From a virus (lineage: Duplodnaviria > Caudoviricetes): 35,549 bases of DNA. The position numbers were made by a program, and so were the translations under genes. Shown here piece by piece: positions 8,135 through 17,491 of this stretch (position 1 is the stretch's first letter; each line of letters starts with the position of its first letter). The notes beneath the pieces were generated by a model. It was not told where the DNA came from and did not search any database. It was given only the letters and a program-made list of their open reading frames with translations. Location of the stretch: IMG/VR virus record IMGVR_UViG_3300025889_000414, positions 1 through 35,549 of that record. The stretch is one strand, 5' to 3'.

Positions 8135-9127
8135 ATGTCAGTAATAGATCAATATGAAGGAAAAAATTACAGCGCGTATCTTTCTGATTGCGTTGAATTT
8201 AGCAAGAATTTGCCTGACAATTCTATAGATATGACGGTTTATAGCCCTCCATTTTCATCATTGTATGTTTACAGTGAATCTATTGCCGACATGGGAAATG
8301 TTGAAAACGATGAGCAATTCATCGAGCAGTACTCATATTTAATCCGAGAAAAATATAGATTTACAAGACCGGGCCGAATATCTGCCATTCATGTAAAAGA
8401 CCTCGTCTATTATCAAGGAAGTTCAGAAACAGGAACTTCTGGCATTCGTCCATTTACTGATATGTGCACACAAGCGCATATTAAAGCGGGATTTGACTTC
8501 CATTGTCGAATAACAATATTCCGCGATCCTGTATTAGAACGTGCGAAAACAAACGCACATGGGCTTCTATATAAAAATTTTCAAGCCGATGCCAGCTTTT
8601 GCCGTGTTGGAATGCCTGAATATGTTTTGGTTTTCAGAAAGTGGGCGAAAGATGGAGATGAAAATCTTATAAAGCCTGTCATTCATCCAAAAACAAATAT
8701 TCCATTATCTGTATGGCAAGATTTGGCAAGCCCGATATGGAGAGCGCCATTTAAAGATGAAGATGTCGCATTGCCGTATGGGAGTCATGTATGGAACTTG
8801 AATAAATCAGGATATGGGGACGGTGATATGCCGGCTACTGATGTTTTAAATGTAAAATCTGCACGTGATGAAAAGGCGGAAAAACACCTTTGCCCAATGC
8901 CTCTTAACGTTACTGAAAGGGCAATTCGTCTTTGGTCGAATGAAGGAGATGTTATTTATTCTCCATTTATGGGAGTTGGTAGCGAAGGCGTTGTTGCTTT
9001 AAGGAATAAACGTAAATTCATTGGTACAGAATTAAATCCAGCTTATTACTATCAAGCATTAAAAAACTTGAAGGATGATGCTCTTGTTTCACAAAGTGCA
9101 GATTTATTTGAAAAATTATCTTCATGA
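8135..9127 (+). CDS. Beta-class N4/N6 DNA methyltransferase
   Basis: Catalytic SPPF precedes HLCP and SAM-binding SPFMGVGS. Confidence 0.9.
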   Translation: MSVIDQYEGKNYSAYLSDCVEFSKNLPDNSIDMTVYSPPFSSLYVYSESIADMGNVENDEQFIEQYSYLIREKYRFTRPGRISAIHVKDLVYYQGSSETGTSGIRPFTDMCTQAHIKAGFDFHCRITIFRDPVLERAKTNAHGLLYKNFQADASFCRVGMPEYVLVFRKWAKDGDENLIKPVIHPKTNIPLSVWQDLASPIWRAPFKDEDVALPYGSHVWNLNKSGYGDGDMPATDVLNVKSARDEKAEKHLCPMPLNVTERAIRLWSNEGDVIYSPFMGVGSEGVVALRNKRKFIGTELNPAYYYQALKNLKDDALVSQSADLFEKLSS

Positions 9128-10833
9128 AAACGCTAAGACCGTATCAAGATGCAGCCATTAAATCATTATGGCTCTGGATCGAAAACAATCCGGGGAAAAA
9201 TCCGCTAATTGATGCCCCGGTTGCATCCGGTAAAACATTATTGATTTGTGAATTTATCCGGCAAATACATGAACGATACCCGCGCACGCGCATTTTGGTT
9301 TTATCTCATGTAAAGGAATTGCTGGAGCAATGCGCCACTGAATTGCACGGTCATTACCCCGGTTCTGATTACGGCATTTATTGTTCAGGACTTGGACAGA
9401 AAAGACTGCACAATGATATCACAATCGCTTCAATCCAGAGCATTTACAATAAGTTTGGAAGCCTAAACCGATGCCCTGAAGTTATTATAATCGACGAAGC
9501 ACACTTAATAAGTCATAAGGGCGAAACGCAATACCGGAAATTTATAGAACAGGCCAAGGCCATAAATCCCAATTGCATCGTAGCCGGATTTACAGGAACG
9601 GTTTACAGGTCAGACACCGGACGATTGGATGAAGGCCATAATAAGCTATTTGATGGCGTAGCCTACACAATCAGCATGGAATATATGATCGAGCAAGGGT
9701 ATTGGGCAAAGCCAGTATGCCCACAAATTGCAACAAAGATGGATGTGTCCGGCGTTGCCACAAGAGGCGGCGATTATGTGATAGGTGATCTTGAAAAGAG
9801 AATTAATACAACTGAATTAAACAATGCGTGCGTTAAAGAGTTAATAGAACACGGAAAAACGCGCAAAAAATGGCTTGTGTTCACAGCCGGAATTCAACAT
9901 GCGCATGATGTCGCTGAAGACATTAAAAAGTTTGGAGTTGCTGTAAGAGTTGTTACGGGTGATACACCGCCGGAAGAACGCAAGCAAACGATTGCATGGT
10001 TTAGTGAAAAGACGGATGAAATTAGATGTCTTGTCAATGTCGCGGTTTTAACTACTGGATTTAACGTCCCTGATATTGATTTGCTAGCCTTCATGCGCCC
10101 GACACGTTCCCCCGTTTTATATGTTCAGATAACAGGCCGTGGCGTTCGTCCTGTCTATGCACCCGGCTATGATTTAAGCACAAAAGAGGGAAGGCTTGAA
10201 GCTATTGCCGCAAGTCATAAGCCCAATTGCATGATTTTAGATTTTGGCGGCGTTGTATCAAGCCTTGGCCCGATAGATCAAATATCAATTAGAAAAAAAT
10301 ACGACGGCGAAAAGGAAGGCGAAGGCGGCGAAGCCATTATGAAGATTTGCCCGTCATGTGGTGCCGAATGCGCAGCCGCGCAAAGATATTGCTATGCTTG
10401 CTCTTATTGCTTTATTCAGCTTGAAGATGAGGCGGCAAACGCAGCAATTATGAGCCAAGATATCCCACCTGAATGGCTGAATGTCCTCAATGTTTTTTAT
10501 AAAAAGCATGAAAAGGAAGGGAAGACACCTTCTATGAAGGTCAGTTATTACACTTTACAAGGATCAATAAATGAATGGATTTGCTTTGAACATCATATCC
10601 ATACAGACAATCGCAGATACGCATGGAATAAAGCGGTTCAATGGGCTAGTGACCGGATGATAAGTGACCCCCCGCAAACAATTGAGGATGCTCTAAATAT
10701 TAACTGGCCGAAACCATCTCGTATTTATGCGAGGAAAAAGGGTAATTTTTACGAAATTCTTGATTATGAGTTTTCCAATGAACCGCAACCAGAAAAGATA
10801 GGAGAAGAGGAATATTTTGATATTCCCTTTTGA
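9124..10833 (+). CDS. RadD/YejH-like DEAH helicase with C-terminal zinc ribbon
   Basis: LRPYQ, ASGKT, IDEAH, LTTGFNVP, QITGRGVR, CPSC...CYAC. Confidence 0.9.
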   Translation: MKTLRPYQDAAIKSLWLWIENNPGKNPLIDAPVASGKTLLICEFIRQIHERYPRTRILVLSHVKELLEQCATELHGHYPGSDYGIYCSGLGQKRLHNDITIASIQSIYNKFGSLNRCPEVIIIDEAHLISHKGETQYRKFIEQAKAINPNCIVAGFTGTVYRSDTGRLDEGHNKLFDGVAYTISMEYMIEQGYWAKPVCPQIATKMDVSGVATRGGDYVIGDLEKRINTTELNNACVKELIEHGKTRKKWLVFTAGIQHAHDVAEDIKKFGVAVRVVTGDTPPEERKQTIAWFSEKTDEIRCLVNVAVLTTGFNVPDIDLLAFMRPTRSPVLYVQITGRGVRPVYAPGYDLSTKEGRLEAIAASHKPNCMILDFGGVVSSLGPIDQISIRKKYDGEKEGEGGEAIMKICPSCGAECAAAQRYCYACSYCFIQLEDEAANAAIMSQDIPPEWLNVLNVFYKKHEKEGKTPSMKVSYYTLQGSINEWICFEHHIHTDNRRYAWNKAVQWASDRMISDPPQTIEDALNINWPKPSRIYARKKGNFYEILDYEFSNEPQPEKIGEEEYFDIPF

Positions 10834-10842
10834 GGAAAAACC

Positions 10843-11022
10843 ATGAAAATTGCTAAGGATTTCTGCCTTTTTTGCGGCTATAGCGTGGATGAAGCAAAAG
10901 CCTATATAAGCCGTTTTGGTTATACGCAGGAGGAAGTTAGAATTTTAGGAAATGACAATCATTTCCTTGTTTTGACTAAAAAAACCATTGATTTAAAGCA
11001 GGATTGTGTTACAATTGTTTGA
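10843..11022 (+). CDS. 59-aa hypothetical protein (not in ORF track)
   Basis: GAGGA RBS 10832-10836; ATG 10843; open to TGA 11020-11022 (MKIAKDFCLFCGYSVDEAKAY...). Confidence 0.6.
   Translation: MKIAKDFCLFCGYSVDEAKAYISRFGYTQEEVRILGNDNHFLVLTKKTIDLKQDCVTIV
10988..11015 (+). promoter_or_regulatory. Putative extended -10 promoter for a possibly leaderless RHH mRNA
   Basis: TTGATT-N16-TACAAT with TGn; ATG 8 nt after the -10. Confidence 0.45.
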
Positions 11023-11023
11023 C

Positions 11024-11191
11024 ATGATGCTAGAAATTAAAAAACAAAAAGTTGATAAATATACCGCCGTGCGGTTAAATTTAGATCAATGGAATAAAAT
11101 CAAAAAGATAGCCAAGGAGAACAAAGTAAAATCCTCGGATATTATCCGTCATTCTATTGACGAATTTCTAAAGAAACAAACTATTGATTAA
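11024..11191 (+). CDS. Ribbon-helix-helix regulator
   Basis: YTAVRLNLDQWNKIKKIAKENKVKSSDIIRHSIDEFL fits RHH pattern. Confidence 0.7.
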   Translation: MMLEIKKQKVDKYTAVRLNLDQWNKIKKIAKENKVKSSDIIRHSIDEFLKKQTID

Positions 11192-11405
11192 TCTCAAAAT
11201 TTGCATTGCATTGCTTGATGGCTGATTGCTGACGCAGCATGAATACGCCTATATCGCCCTCGGTGGCCGTTTGCGGTTCTGGGACTATCGGTTGATCAAC
11301 GGCCACGCCGCCATTGGCTTTAATCGCCGGAGCGCAACCGCTCAAGAACGCCGCGCAAATAAGGGCTTGCAGGAGCGTCAGCGCCGCTTTGCTTCGTAAT
11401 TTCAT
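11181..11405 (-). CDS. o-spanin (Rz1-like lipoprotein)
   Basis: GGAGG RBS; signal MKLRSKAALTLLQALICAAF then lipobox LSG/C; Pro-containing mature part; overlaps i-spanin 3' end. Confidence 0.75.
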   Translation of the reverse strand: MKLRSKAALTLLQALICAAFLSGCAPAIKANGGVAVDQPIVPEPQTATEGDIGVFMLRQQSAIKQCNANFEINQ

Positions 11406-11622
11406 GCTCTTGTACCTCCGTTTTTTTCCTGATTTTCTTTTGCCGCGCCCGCGTTTCTTCATCGGCCTTGTGCTTGGCTTCTGCCACAGCTGCGACACAG
11501 GCATCATAGCCCTTCGCATATATTCTTGAATAGGCTTGCCATGCAGCGATAGAAAGGAATAGAACCGCCAGCCCTGCGGCCACTGCATACCTATACCGGA
11601 TAATGAAGGACATAACCATCAT
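11320..11622 (-). CDS. i-spanin (Rz-like)
   Basis: N-terminal TM helix then helical domain; position in lysis cassette. Confidence 0.75.
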   Translation of the reverse strand: MMVMSFIIRYRYAVAAGLAVLFLSIAAWQAYSRIYAKGYDACVAAVAEAKHKADEETRARQKKIRKKTEVQEHEITKQSGADAPASPYLRGVLERLRSGD

Positions 11623-11843
11623 TCTTTTGCCCCGCCTGTGGCTCTTACATCAAGCGCCTTGCCACCCAAATATGTACCAGTGAAGGCCGCCAGATATCCG
11701 TAAAAATAACCCTCATTCATGGCTCCTGATTTGGTAAGAAGAATCATAATAATGCTTGTAATCATAAACGCGCCAAACATTAACAGGCGGCTCATACTTA
11801 ATGTCCCTGCATCAGATTGGAAAAATTCAAGCATCTTTGTCAT
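11619..11843 (-). CDS. Putative holin (2 TM)
   Basis: Two hydrophobic helices, LSMSRL motif, charged C-terminus; ATGA-coupled to endolysin. Confidence 0.65.
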   Translation of the reverse strand: MTKMLEFFQSDAGTLSMSRLLMFGAFMITSIIMILLTKSGAMNEGYFYGYLAAFTGTYLGGKALDVRATGGAKE

Positions 11844-12238
11844 GCAGGGTATTTCCTTCTTGACAATTCGATATGTCCACCATCCTTGAAGTGTTTCCAC
11901 TCACCGCCCCAAACAATCGGTGTTTTTAATTCCAGCGAAGCAACCGCAAAGGCATCGGCCACCAGTTCATAAAGCCTGTATTCTCCGGGCGTGTCTCCAT
12001 TGATATATTTTCCTTCCACATAAACGCCAAAATCTATAGCATGGCCTGTCAGGTGGCGGGAATTGTATGTTTTGCTGGCCCCCTTCCTTACAAGATCGGC
12101 CTGTTCTTCCGGTGTGCGAAGGCCGCATAAAATGCCAAAATCGACGTTGGTTATTTCAAGCGCCCGGCGGCACAAGGATACAAGGTCAGGGTGAACACCA
12201 AGAAGATTCTTTTCTGATTGTTTCCCAAATTCAAACAT
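11840..12238 (-). CDS. Endolysin, M15 family L-Ala-D-Glu peptidase
   Basis: GVHPDL, GLRT..EQ, SRHLTGHAID, WGGEW, DGGHIEL Zn-peptidase motifs. Confidence 0.9.
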   Translation of the reverse strand: MFEFGKQSEKNLLGVHPDLVSLCRRALEITNVDFGILCGLRTPEEQADLVRKGASKTYNSRHLTGHAIDFGVYVEGKYINGDTPGEYRLYELVADAFAVASLELKTPIVWGGEWKHFKDGGHIELSRRKYPA

Positions 12239-12449
12239 GCGGCAGAACCTCAGGCATTGTGAATGTGACCTGAACCGGGCCAGCATCGGCGCTGCCCTCC
12301 CATTCCTTCATGACATGGTTGAAGGCATCGCCCGGCTGCACCCATGCCGGAAACCGCGCCATAGCAACGGCAGCGTTTGAGAACGTCGGGCGCAGGGACA
12401 CCGTGTAATTCAGGCCGCTAAACATATCGGCCTTTTCGCTCCGGGTCAT
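12231..12449 (-). CDS. Hypothetical protein in lysis region
   Basis: Overlaps both neighbours in operon fashion. Confidence 0.5.
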   Translation of the reverse strand: MTRSEKADMFSGLNYTVSLRPTFSNAAVAMARFPAWVQPGDAFNHVMKEWEGSADAGPVQVTFTMPEVLPHV

Positions 12450-12706
12450 TTGTCCGCCTTTTTGTCGAGCTTTTCAAATATGAGGTCCAGCTTATCAACG
12501 ATCTTATCGAACTTTTTCTCAACATCGCTTTTTAAAGAATAATCTCGTGTTATATTTAGTTCCAAATCTTTGAGGGCGCGCTCGTGCTGATCGTGCTTGT
12601 CGCTGTGCGCGTTTAATCGGTTGTGTAGCTTGTTCACAAAACCTCCTACGATTGCAACGGCTATCATTACTATCCAATCCGCTACCGTGGTTAAAATATC
12701 CGTCAT
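12446..12706 (-). CDS. Single-TM coiled-coil protein (holin/antiholin-like)
   Basis: N-terminal TM, coiled coil, C-terminal KLDKKADK. Confidence 0.6.
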   Translation of the reverse strand: MTDILTTVADWIVMIAVAIVGGFVNKLHNRLNAHSDKHDQHERALKDLELNITRDYSLKSDVEKKFDKIVDKLDLIFEKLDKKADK

Positions 12707-12744
12707 ATCCCCGCCCTTTTTTTATAATGTTCCCAAGATAATCA

Positions 12745-15270
12745 TTATACTTTCCTCATCCAAAGAAAGGGGGCAAAGCCTGCCCCCGTAACTGTAGGAG
12801 CGCCGAATGGGTCAGGAAGTGCTCCCGCCGCTGCCACATAGCAAGTTCCATCCTGAGCAGTTGGCGCAGTCATTCCCATTGTATTCCATGAATTTACGCT
12901 TGCATAAGTTATTGAATTATCAGTTGCACCACCTTGAATAGCTAAAACCAGCCAATACATTCCAGCCTCAAGGGTTTGAGATATCGTAATTTCTCTTGCA
13001 CCAGTATCAGCAATTCCAGCAGTTACAGTGCCGAAATCTGCAATTCTTGCCCCCGGACGTCCAGAACTATCTGTGTAAATACCCATGCGCCCAACGGCAG
13101 ACGCAACGCCAATGCCGTTTGTAAACCCGGCCCTTGTCCATGTTACCTTTTCAGAGCAAATCCAAGGAACAGCCCATGCAAGGTTTCGGGCATGAGATGT
13201 AGAGGCAAAAAGACCAGTGACACCTTCAATAGGGTAATAAACATTTGTAGCAACAGCGCCCCGCGTGCGGGGAATGACTTGTTGATCTCCTGTCGTCGCA
13301 GACGCGCAAACAATAGGCCCGTTGGTTCTTACTTGCCAATCAGAATTGTTATTCCAGAACGCAAATTTATTTGTAATGTGTCCTGAATCAGATTGCGTTG
13401 GAACATAAAACGCAGCACCATAAGTTATGGTCCCTGCGTCTTCTACGTTGGTATCAAAAGTACCTACAACAGATGCGCCAATTGTTATTGCTCCAGCTAA
13501 AGCGCCTACTCGCCCCTCAACGCCAATAACAAGTTCATCTGTACCAGTGGCATTATTCTTTTGCGCATAACCAAGAAGACCACCATAATGTCCAACGCCA
13601 GTAATTGAATTAGCTGTTGTGTGCTGCGCGTAACCTGTGCTGGCAAATCTTACAGCCCCTGTATCAGCAGGAGGGGACCAATTCAAAAAAGCATAATGAG
13701 GGCTTGCTACTTCTCCTACAGTTGTTGTACCTGTAGATGTATCCGTTATTGTGTTTTGAACTTTCCCCACAAACTGAGCGCAATAATTATTTGTTGCACC
13801 TGTTGGTGCAACAATCGTCATGCCATAGCCATTAGTTACATTCGTAAGTGCGCGTGTTGGTACTAGAATGGCATGAGAATTTGTAAGTGTGGAATTGGTT
13901 CCACCATTTGAAGGACCATTAACAGCAAACGCTGCGCAATCTGTAATTACGCCTCCTGCCGTTACGAACGTATGAGTTGAACCCGATACTTGTAAATCAC
14001 GTTGCAGGGTAATTGCAGTATTCGACGCATGCTGTCTTGTTTGCGCCATATTAAAATGGACACTTGGCGCTTCAGTTCCAGCGCTGAGAGATGTATCGGC
14101 AGCGCCCGTAAAGGAAAATCTAGTTTGTGACGCAGCAGAAGAAGTCCCCGGCGTAAAGTTTACGGCGTTTGCCGTTACTGACATCTTCAAGGTAGATGTT
14201 TGGTATAGAGAAATATTGCCAGTGCCCTTGCTTCTTATATTCAAATCCTCATTAGCACCTGATGAAATAGCATTTATATCAACGCCGCCGCCAGCCGCTG
14301 CCCCGGTAATTTCAATGCCAGTGGCAGCAGATGCAGTATTTGCATTAACTTTAAAAACAGGGTCAACAGCTCCGTTTCTTCCTGCAACTAGAACCCCTGC
14401 CGAAGTTGAAGTTAATGTAACGACACCCGATGATATGGATGTAGTGGTTAAAAGTCCCGATGATGAATTAAACGACAACCCAGAATTCGTTTTAGCTGAA
14501 AGAGAACCAGTCGCAGCGGTTGTAAATAGAGGAAAACAAGTTGTATCTGAGGATTCATCTGCTACGGTTATAGTAGATGCAAGGCTTGCCGTTCCAGCCG
14601 TAAGACCTGCGGCAGTGCCAGTCAAATTAGTAGCTACCCCGGCGCTAGGTGTCCCCAAATCTCCATTTTGGAAATATGCTGCGCCATTTCCAGTTTCATC
14701 CGTTAATGCCGATCTTAAATTGGCGCTCGATGGATTACCAAGGAATTGGGCAACATTTGCGCCGAGGCCAGAAACATCTGAAATATCTACAGCAGCCCCA
14801 TAACTCCCTATGACATTCCATTCTGTGCCGTTATATACAATTTCAATGGCCTGAAAATTAAAATCAAGAACGAGGCTCGCCGATCCATCAATCGTTTTAC
14901 CATTTCCGTCAATTGTTATATTGAATGTAGAACTATCACCCTTACCATCCTTTATAATCAAAGATCGTGAAGTTGAAGGAGACGCAGGAAGCGTGATTGT
15001 TGTTATTTCACCAACTGTTTTGTTCATCGTGATGATATAATCATCCGATGCAACGGCAACATTCCCAGACGCAGTTACGACACGCTCATTTCTAACTGTA
15101 GCCGTTCCATTAATTGTTACGTTTGTAAGTGTGACATTTGAAATTGAGCCGCCTGTAAAATCGACATCATAATATTCCTGTCCGGCAATAAGATTGCCGT
15201 TATCCCCTGAATCCCGATCTGGAAGCCAGCTTAGTCGTTTTAGAGATTGTAATGTGGTATCTCCGCTCAC
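12745..15270 (-). CDS. Long tail fibre / receptor-binding protein
   Basis: 841 aa Thr/Ala/Gly/Ser-rich beta-type composition; fibre motifs TITLP..IDG..NGTEW and LGNPSSANLRSALTDETG. Confidence 0.8.
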   Translation of the reverse strand: MSGDTTLQSLKRLSWLPDRDSGDNGNLIAGQEYYDVDFTGGSISNVTLTNVTINGTATVRNERVVTASGNVAVASDDYIITMNKTVGEITTITLPASPSTSRSLIIKDGKGDSSTFNITIDGNGKTIDGSASLVLDFNFQAIEIVYNGTEWNVIGSYGAAVDISDVSGLGANVAQFLGNPSSANLRSALTDETGNGAAYFQNGDLGTPSAGVATNLTGTAAGLTAGTASLASTITVADESSDTTCFPLFTTAATGSLSAKTNSGLSFNSSSGLLTTTSISSGVVTLTSTSAGVLVAGRNGAVDPVFKVNANTASAATGIEITGAAAGGGVDINAISSGANEDLNIRSKGTGNISLYQTSTLKMSVTANAVNFTPGTSSAASQTRFSFTGAADTSLSAGTEAPSVHFNMAQTRQHASNTAITLQRDLQVSGSTHTFVTAGGVITDCAAFAVNGPSNGGTNSTLTNSHAILVPTRALTNVTNGYGMTIVAPTGATNNYCAQFVGKVQNTITDTSTGTTTVGEVASPHYAFLNWSPPADTGAVRFASTGYAQHTTANSITGVGHYGGLLGYAQKNNATGTDELVIGVEGRVGALAGAITIGASVVGTFDTNVEDAGTITYGAAFYVPTQSDSGHITNKFAFWNNNSDWQVRTNGPIVCASATTGDQQVIPRTRGAVATNVYYPIEGVTGLFASTSHARNLAWAVPWICSEKVTWTRAGFTNGIGVASAVGRMGIYTDSSGRPGARIADFGTVTAGIADTGAREITISQTLEAGMYWLVLAIQGGATDNSITYASVNSWNTMGMTAPTAQDGTCYVAAAGALPDPFGAPTVTGAGFAPFLWMRKV

Positions 15271-15278
15271 GATTTATC

Positions 15279-15617
15279 CTATCGGTTATCAAAAACATTG
15301 ATTGTAATAGAAGGATTTGTTGCTGCGAGAATAAAAGCCCATAGCTGAACCTTATCGGAATTATTATCTCCTGATCCTGCACGTAAATTAAAGGCAGATG
15401 CCGATGTTGCGGTTGTTGCCGTGGCCGTTCCATCCATAAATGTAGGAACGATCGTTACGCCATTATCTAAGGTATATCCGAACGTAACCGTTCCACCTCC
15501 GAATGTTCCGGTAACAAGCACATTTGCAAACCAGTCATTTGCATGCCTTGGCTTGTCAATGTTACAAATAAAAACCGATGTATTTTGTGCCACAAGTGAC
15601 GCTGTATATTTTGCCAT
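15279..15617 (-). CDS. Small beta-rich virion-associated protein
   Basis: VTGTFGGGTVT motif; GGAG RBS; directly upstream of the fibre gene. Confidence 0.6.
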   Translation of the reverse strand: MAKYTASLVAQNTSVFICNIDKPRHANDWFANVLVTGTFGGGTVTFGYTLDNGVTIVPTFMDGTATATTATSASAFNLRAGSGDNNSDKVQLWAFILAATNPSITINVFDNR

Positions 15618-15619
15618 TT

Positions 15620-17491
15620 CTATTCTCCATTTCTATTTCTTAATCTTGATACTTGAGCAGATGATTGCATTCCTGAAATTGTACCTAAACTTCCCGGAAT
15701 TGTTGATCCTACAATTTTTCCAGTTCCTCTGTTTGCAATAATTTGCATTGCTCTTAACGCCTGATCTTCAGCGGCATTTTTCCCGATATCACGCGCAAGC
15801 ATTCCAGCCCCGACACTTGCCACTGCGCCGGGAGCGCCACCCATAACAGTGCCGCCAATGCCGACCAATCTACTGCCGACAGTACGCAACATTTCAGCAG
15901 GAAATCCTGTTCTAGCTGCTTCTTTGATAGCCTTAATTTCTTCTTTATTATATCCGTTAAGTTTTGCTTTATTCCTTAATAAGGAATTAAGGCCACGCTT
16001 GATTGTATTAGCTGGTTGATCTGTTCCGAGTGATTTTTCAATTACTCTTTCTATATCTCTAATCCTATAAGACTTTGCCCAAGCTTCACGGGCTTGTTTG
16101 CTTAATTCAGTGCCGGGTAAATTTTCAAACATATCACGAAGGCTTTTTTGAACTTGAATAAGGAGTCTTCCTCGTGCGCCAACCTTTCCAAAATCATCCA
16201 TGGTTGAATCAATCAAATCGCCTAATCTACTATCAAGTTGATTGATATCTTGGACAGACATATCCGTTTTTTGAAATTCATTCTGAATATCTTCTATAAC
16301 ATCATCAACCAATCCCATATATTTTCTGCCTACATTACCAGCGCGTCCAGTGTTGATATTTGATTTTATATTTGTGATAAAGTTATCAACTTCTTTAGCA
16401 GGGACAATAACCCCTGATTCTTCAGATAATTTGAAAATTTTAGACGCTTGTTTTCTCATTTCTTCAGAAGAAGGAATTTTTTTAGGAATTATTCTATTTG
16501 CCAAATATCCTACAGTTCCCCCCGTAACACCGCCAACGCCAGTGCCAGAAACTGCATCTTCCAATCTACCGAACCCCTCTTTTTCGCTTGCGCCAGCACC
16601 ATATAAGCCGCCAGATGCAGCACCCCCATAAATGGCAGATTTTACAGGATTTGATCTTGCAAATGCCGTTAATTTACTAGGAGCAATTTTAGCTGCGCCA
16701 ATTCCTCCGGTCAGTCCTCCGACAAATTCCAAACCAGAAGATATATATGGATTTTGTTCTTCAAAATCTCCTTGTTGCCTTCGCGCAATATCTCTTCCAA
16801 TTTTATAAGCTTCGCCAATCGTTGTCGGATTTCCCATGGCAGTTCTGCCAATGGCGGCAGGAATGGCAGCTAAAGCACCCTGAATTTCATCTGAAAATCC
16901 AAGAGTTGTCCCTTTCGCAATTGATAATGGCGCACCCTTTAAAGCAACTGAAAGTGACTTTTGCTTTTTTTCTGGAATTTTTACATCTTCTTCGATTGCA
17001 ACATCTTCCCAATCTCCGTTATCTGAACTTTCAATAGTTTCCCAATCATCATCTGATTCAAGACCACTTTCAAATTTATCAGACCAATTATTTACAAATT
17101 CCCCTGCCGTCATATCAGTCGTCCCAGCATTTAAAATTGCAGCATCTTTTCCAACTATTTTTGTAACTGGTGAATTTGGATTAGATAAAAGTTTTTTCGC
17201 ACCTAAAGCGCCTTGTTGATGAGCAAGGTATAATTCTCCCGGCGTTGGTTCACGACCTAAAGCCTTTTTTAAATAGGCCCGGTTATCATCTGTAAGCTTC
17301 TTGGCAGCAGGAATTGCTTTTTCAGGAATAAATCTGTCTCGCCCTGCAAGTCCATATTGATTTGCCGTTGCATCGACAAATTGAAAAAGGCCACCAGCCG
17401 ATGAATTTGGATTTTTTGCAAGCGGATTCATGCCACTTTCAATCTGTGCAAGCCTAAGCAAATAGGGGTCATCTATGGTAAAATTTCCCAT
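15620..17491 (-). CDS. Ejection/internal virion protein with N-terminal lytic transglycosylase
   Basis: IESG.NP.AKNPNSSAGGLFQF and ELYLAHQQG SLT motifs; TTLGFSDEI; Gly/Ala-rich membrane-like stretches. Confidence 0.85.
   Translation of the reverse strand: MGNFTIDDPYLLRLAQIESGMNPLAKNPNSSAGGLFQFVDATANQYGLAGRDRFIPEKAIPAAKKLTDDNRAYLKKALGREPTPGELYLAHQQGALGAKKLLSNPNSPVTKIVGKDAAILNAGTTDMTAGEFVNNWSDKFESGLESDDDWETIESSDNGDWEDVAIEEDVKIPEKKQKSLSVALKGAPLSIAKGTTLGFSDEIQGALAAIPAAIGRTAMGNPTTIGEAYKIGRDIARRQQGDFEEQNPYISSGLEFVGGLTGGIGAAKIAPSKLTAFARSNPVKSAIYGGAASGGLYGAGASEKEGFGRLEDAVSGTGVGGVTGGTVGYLANRIIPKKIPSSEEMRKQASKIFKLSEESGVIVPAKEVDNFITNIKSNINTGRAGNVGRKYMGLVDDVIEDIQNEFQKTDMSVQDINQLDSRLGDLIDSTMDDFGKVGARGRLLIQVQKSLRDMFENLPGTELSKQAREAWAKSYRIRDIERVIEKSLGTDQPANTIKRGLNSLLRNKAKLNGYNKEEIKAIKEAARTGFPAEMLRTVGSRLVGIGGTVMGGAPGAVASVGAGMLARDIGKNAAEDQALRAMQIIANRGTGKIVGSTIPGSLGTISGMQSSAQVSRLRNRNGE

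Noticed and set aside
6756-10833. Helicase-MTase-helicase cluster as a type III RM, DISARM or BREX defence system
   Set aside because: No restriction nuclease or cognate accessory genes; the RadD-like helicase belongs to the ordinary phage recombination module
12745-15270. Diversity-generating retroelement or invertible fibre cassette
   Set aside because: No reverse transcriptase or invertase, and no template/variable repeat pair seen
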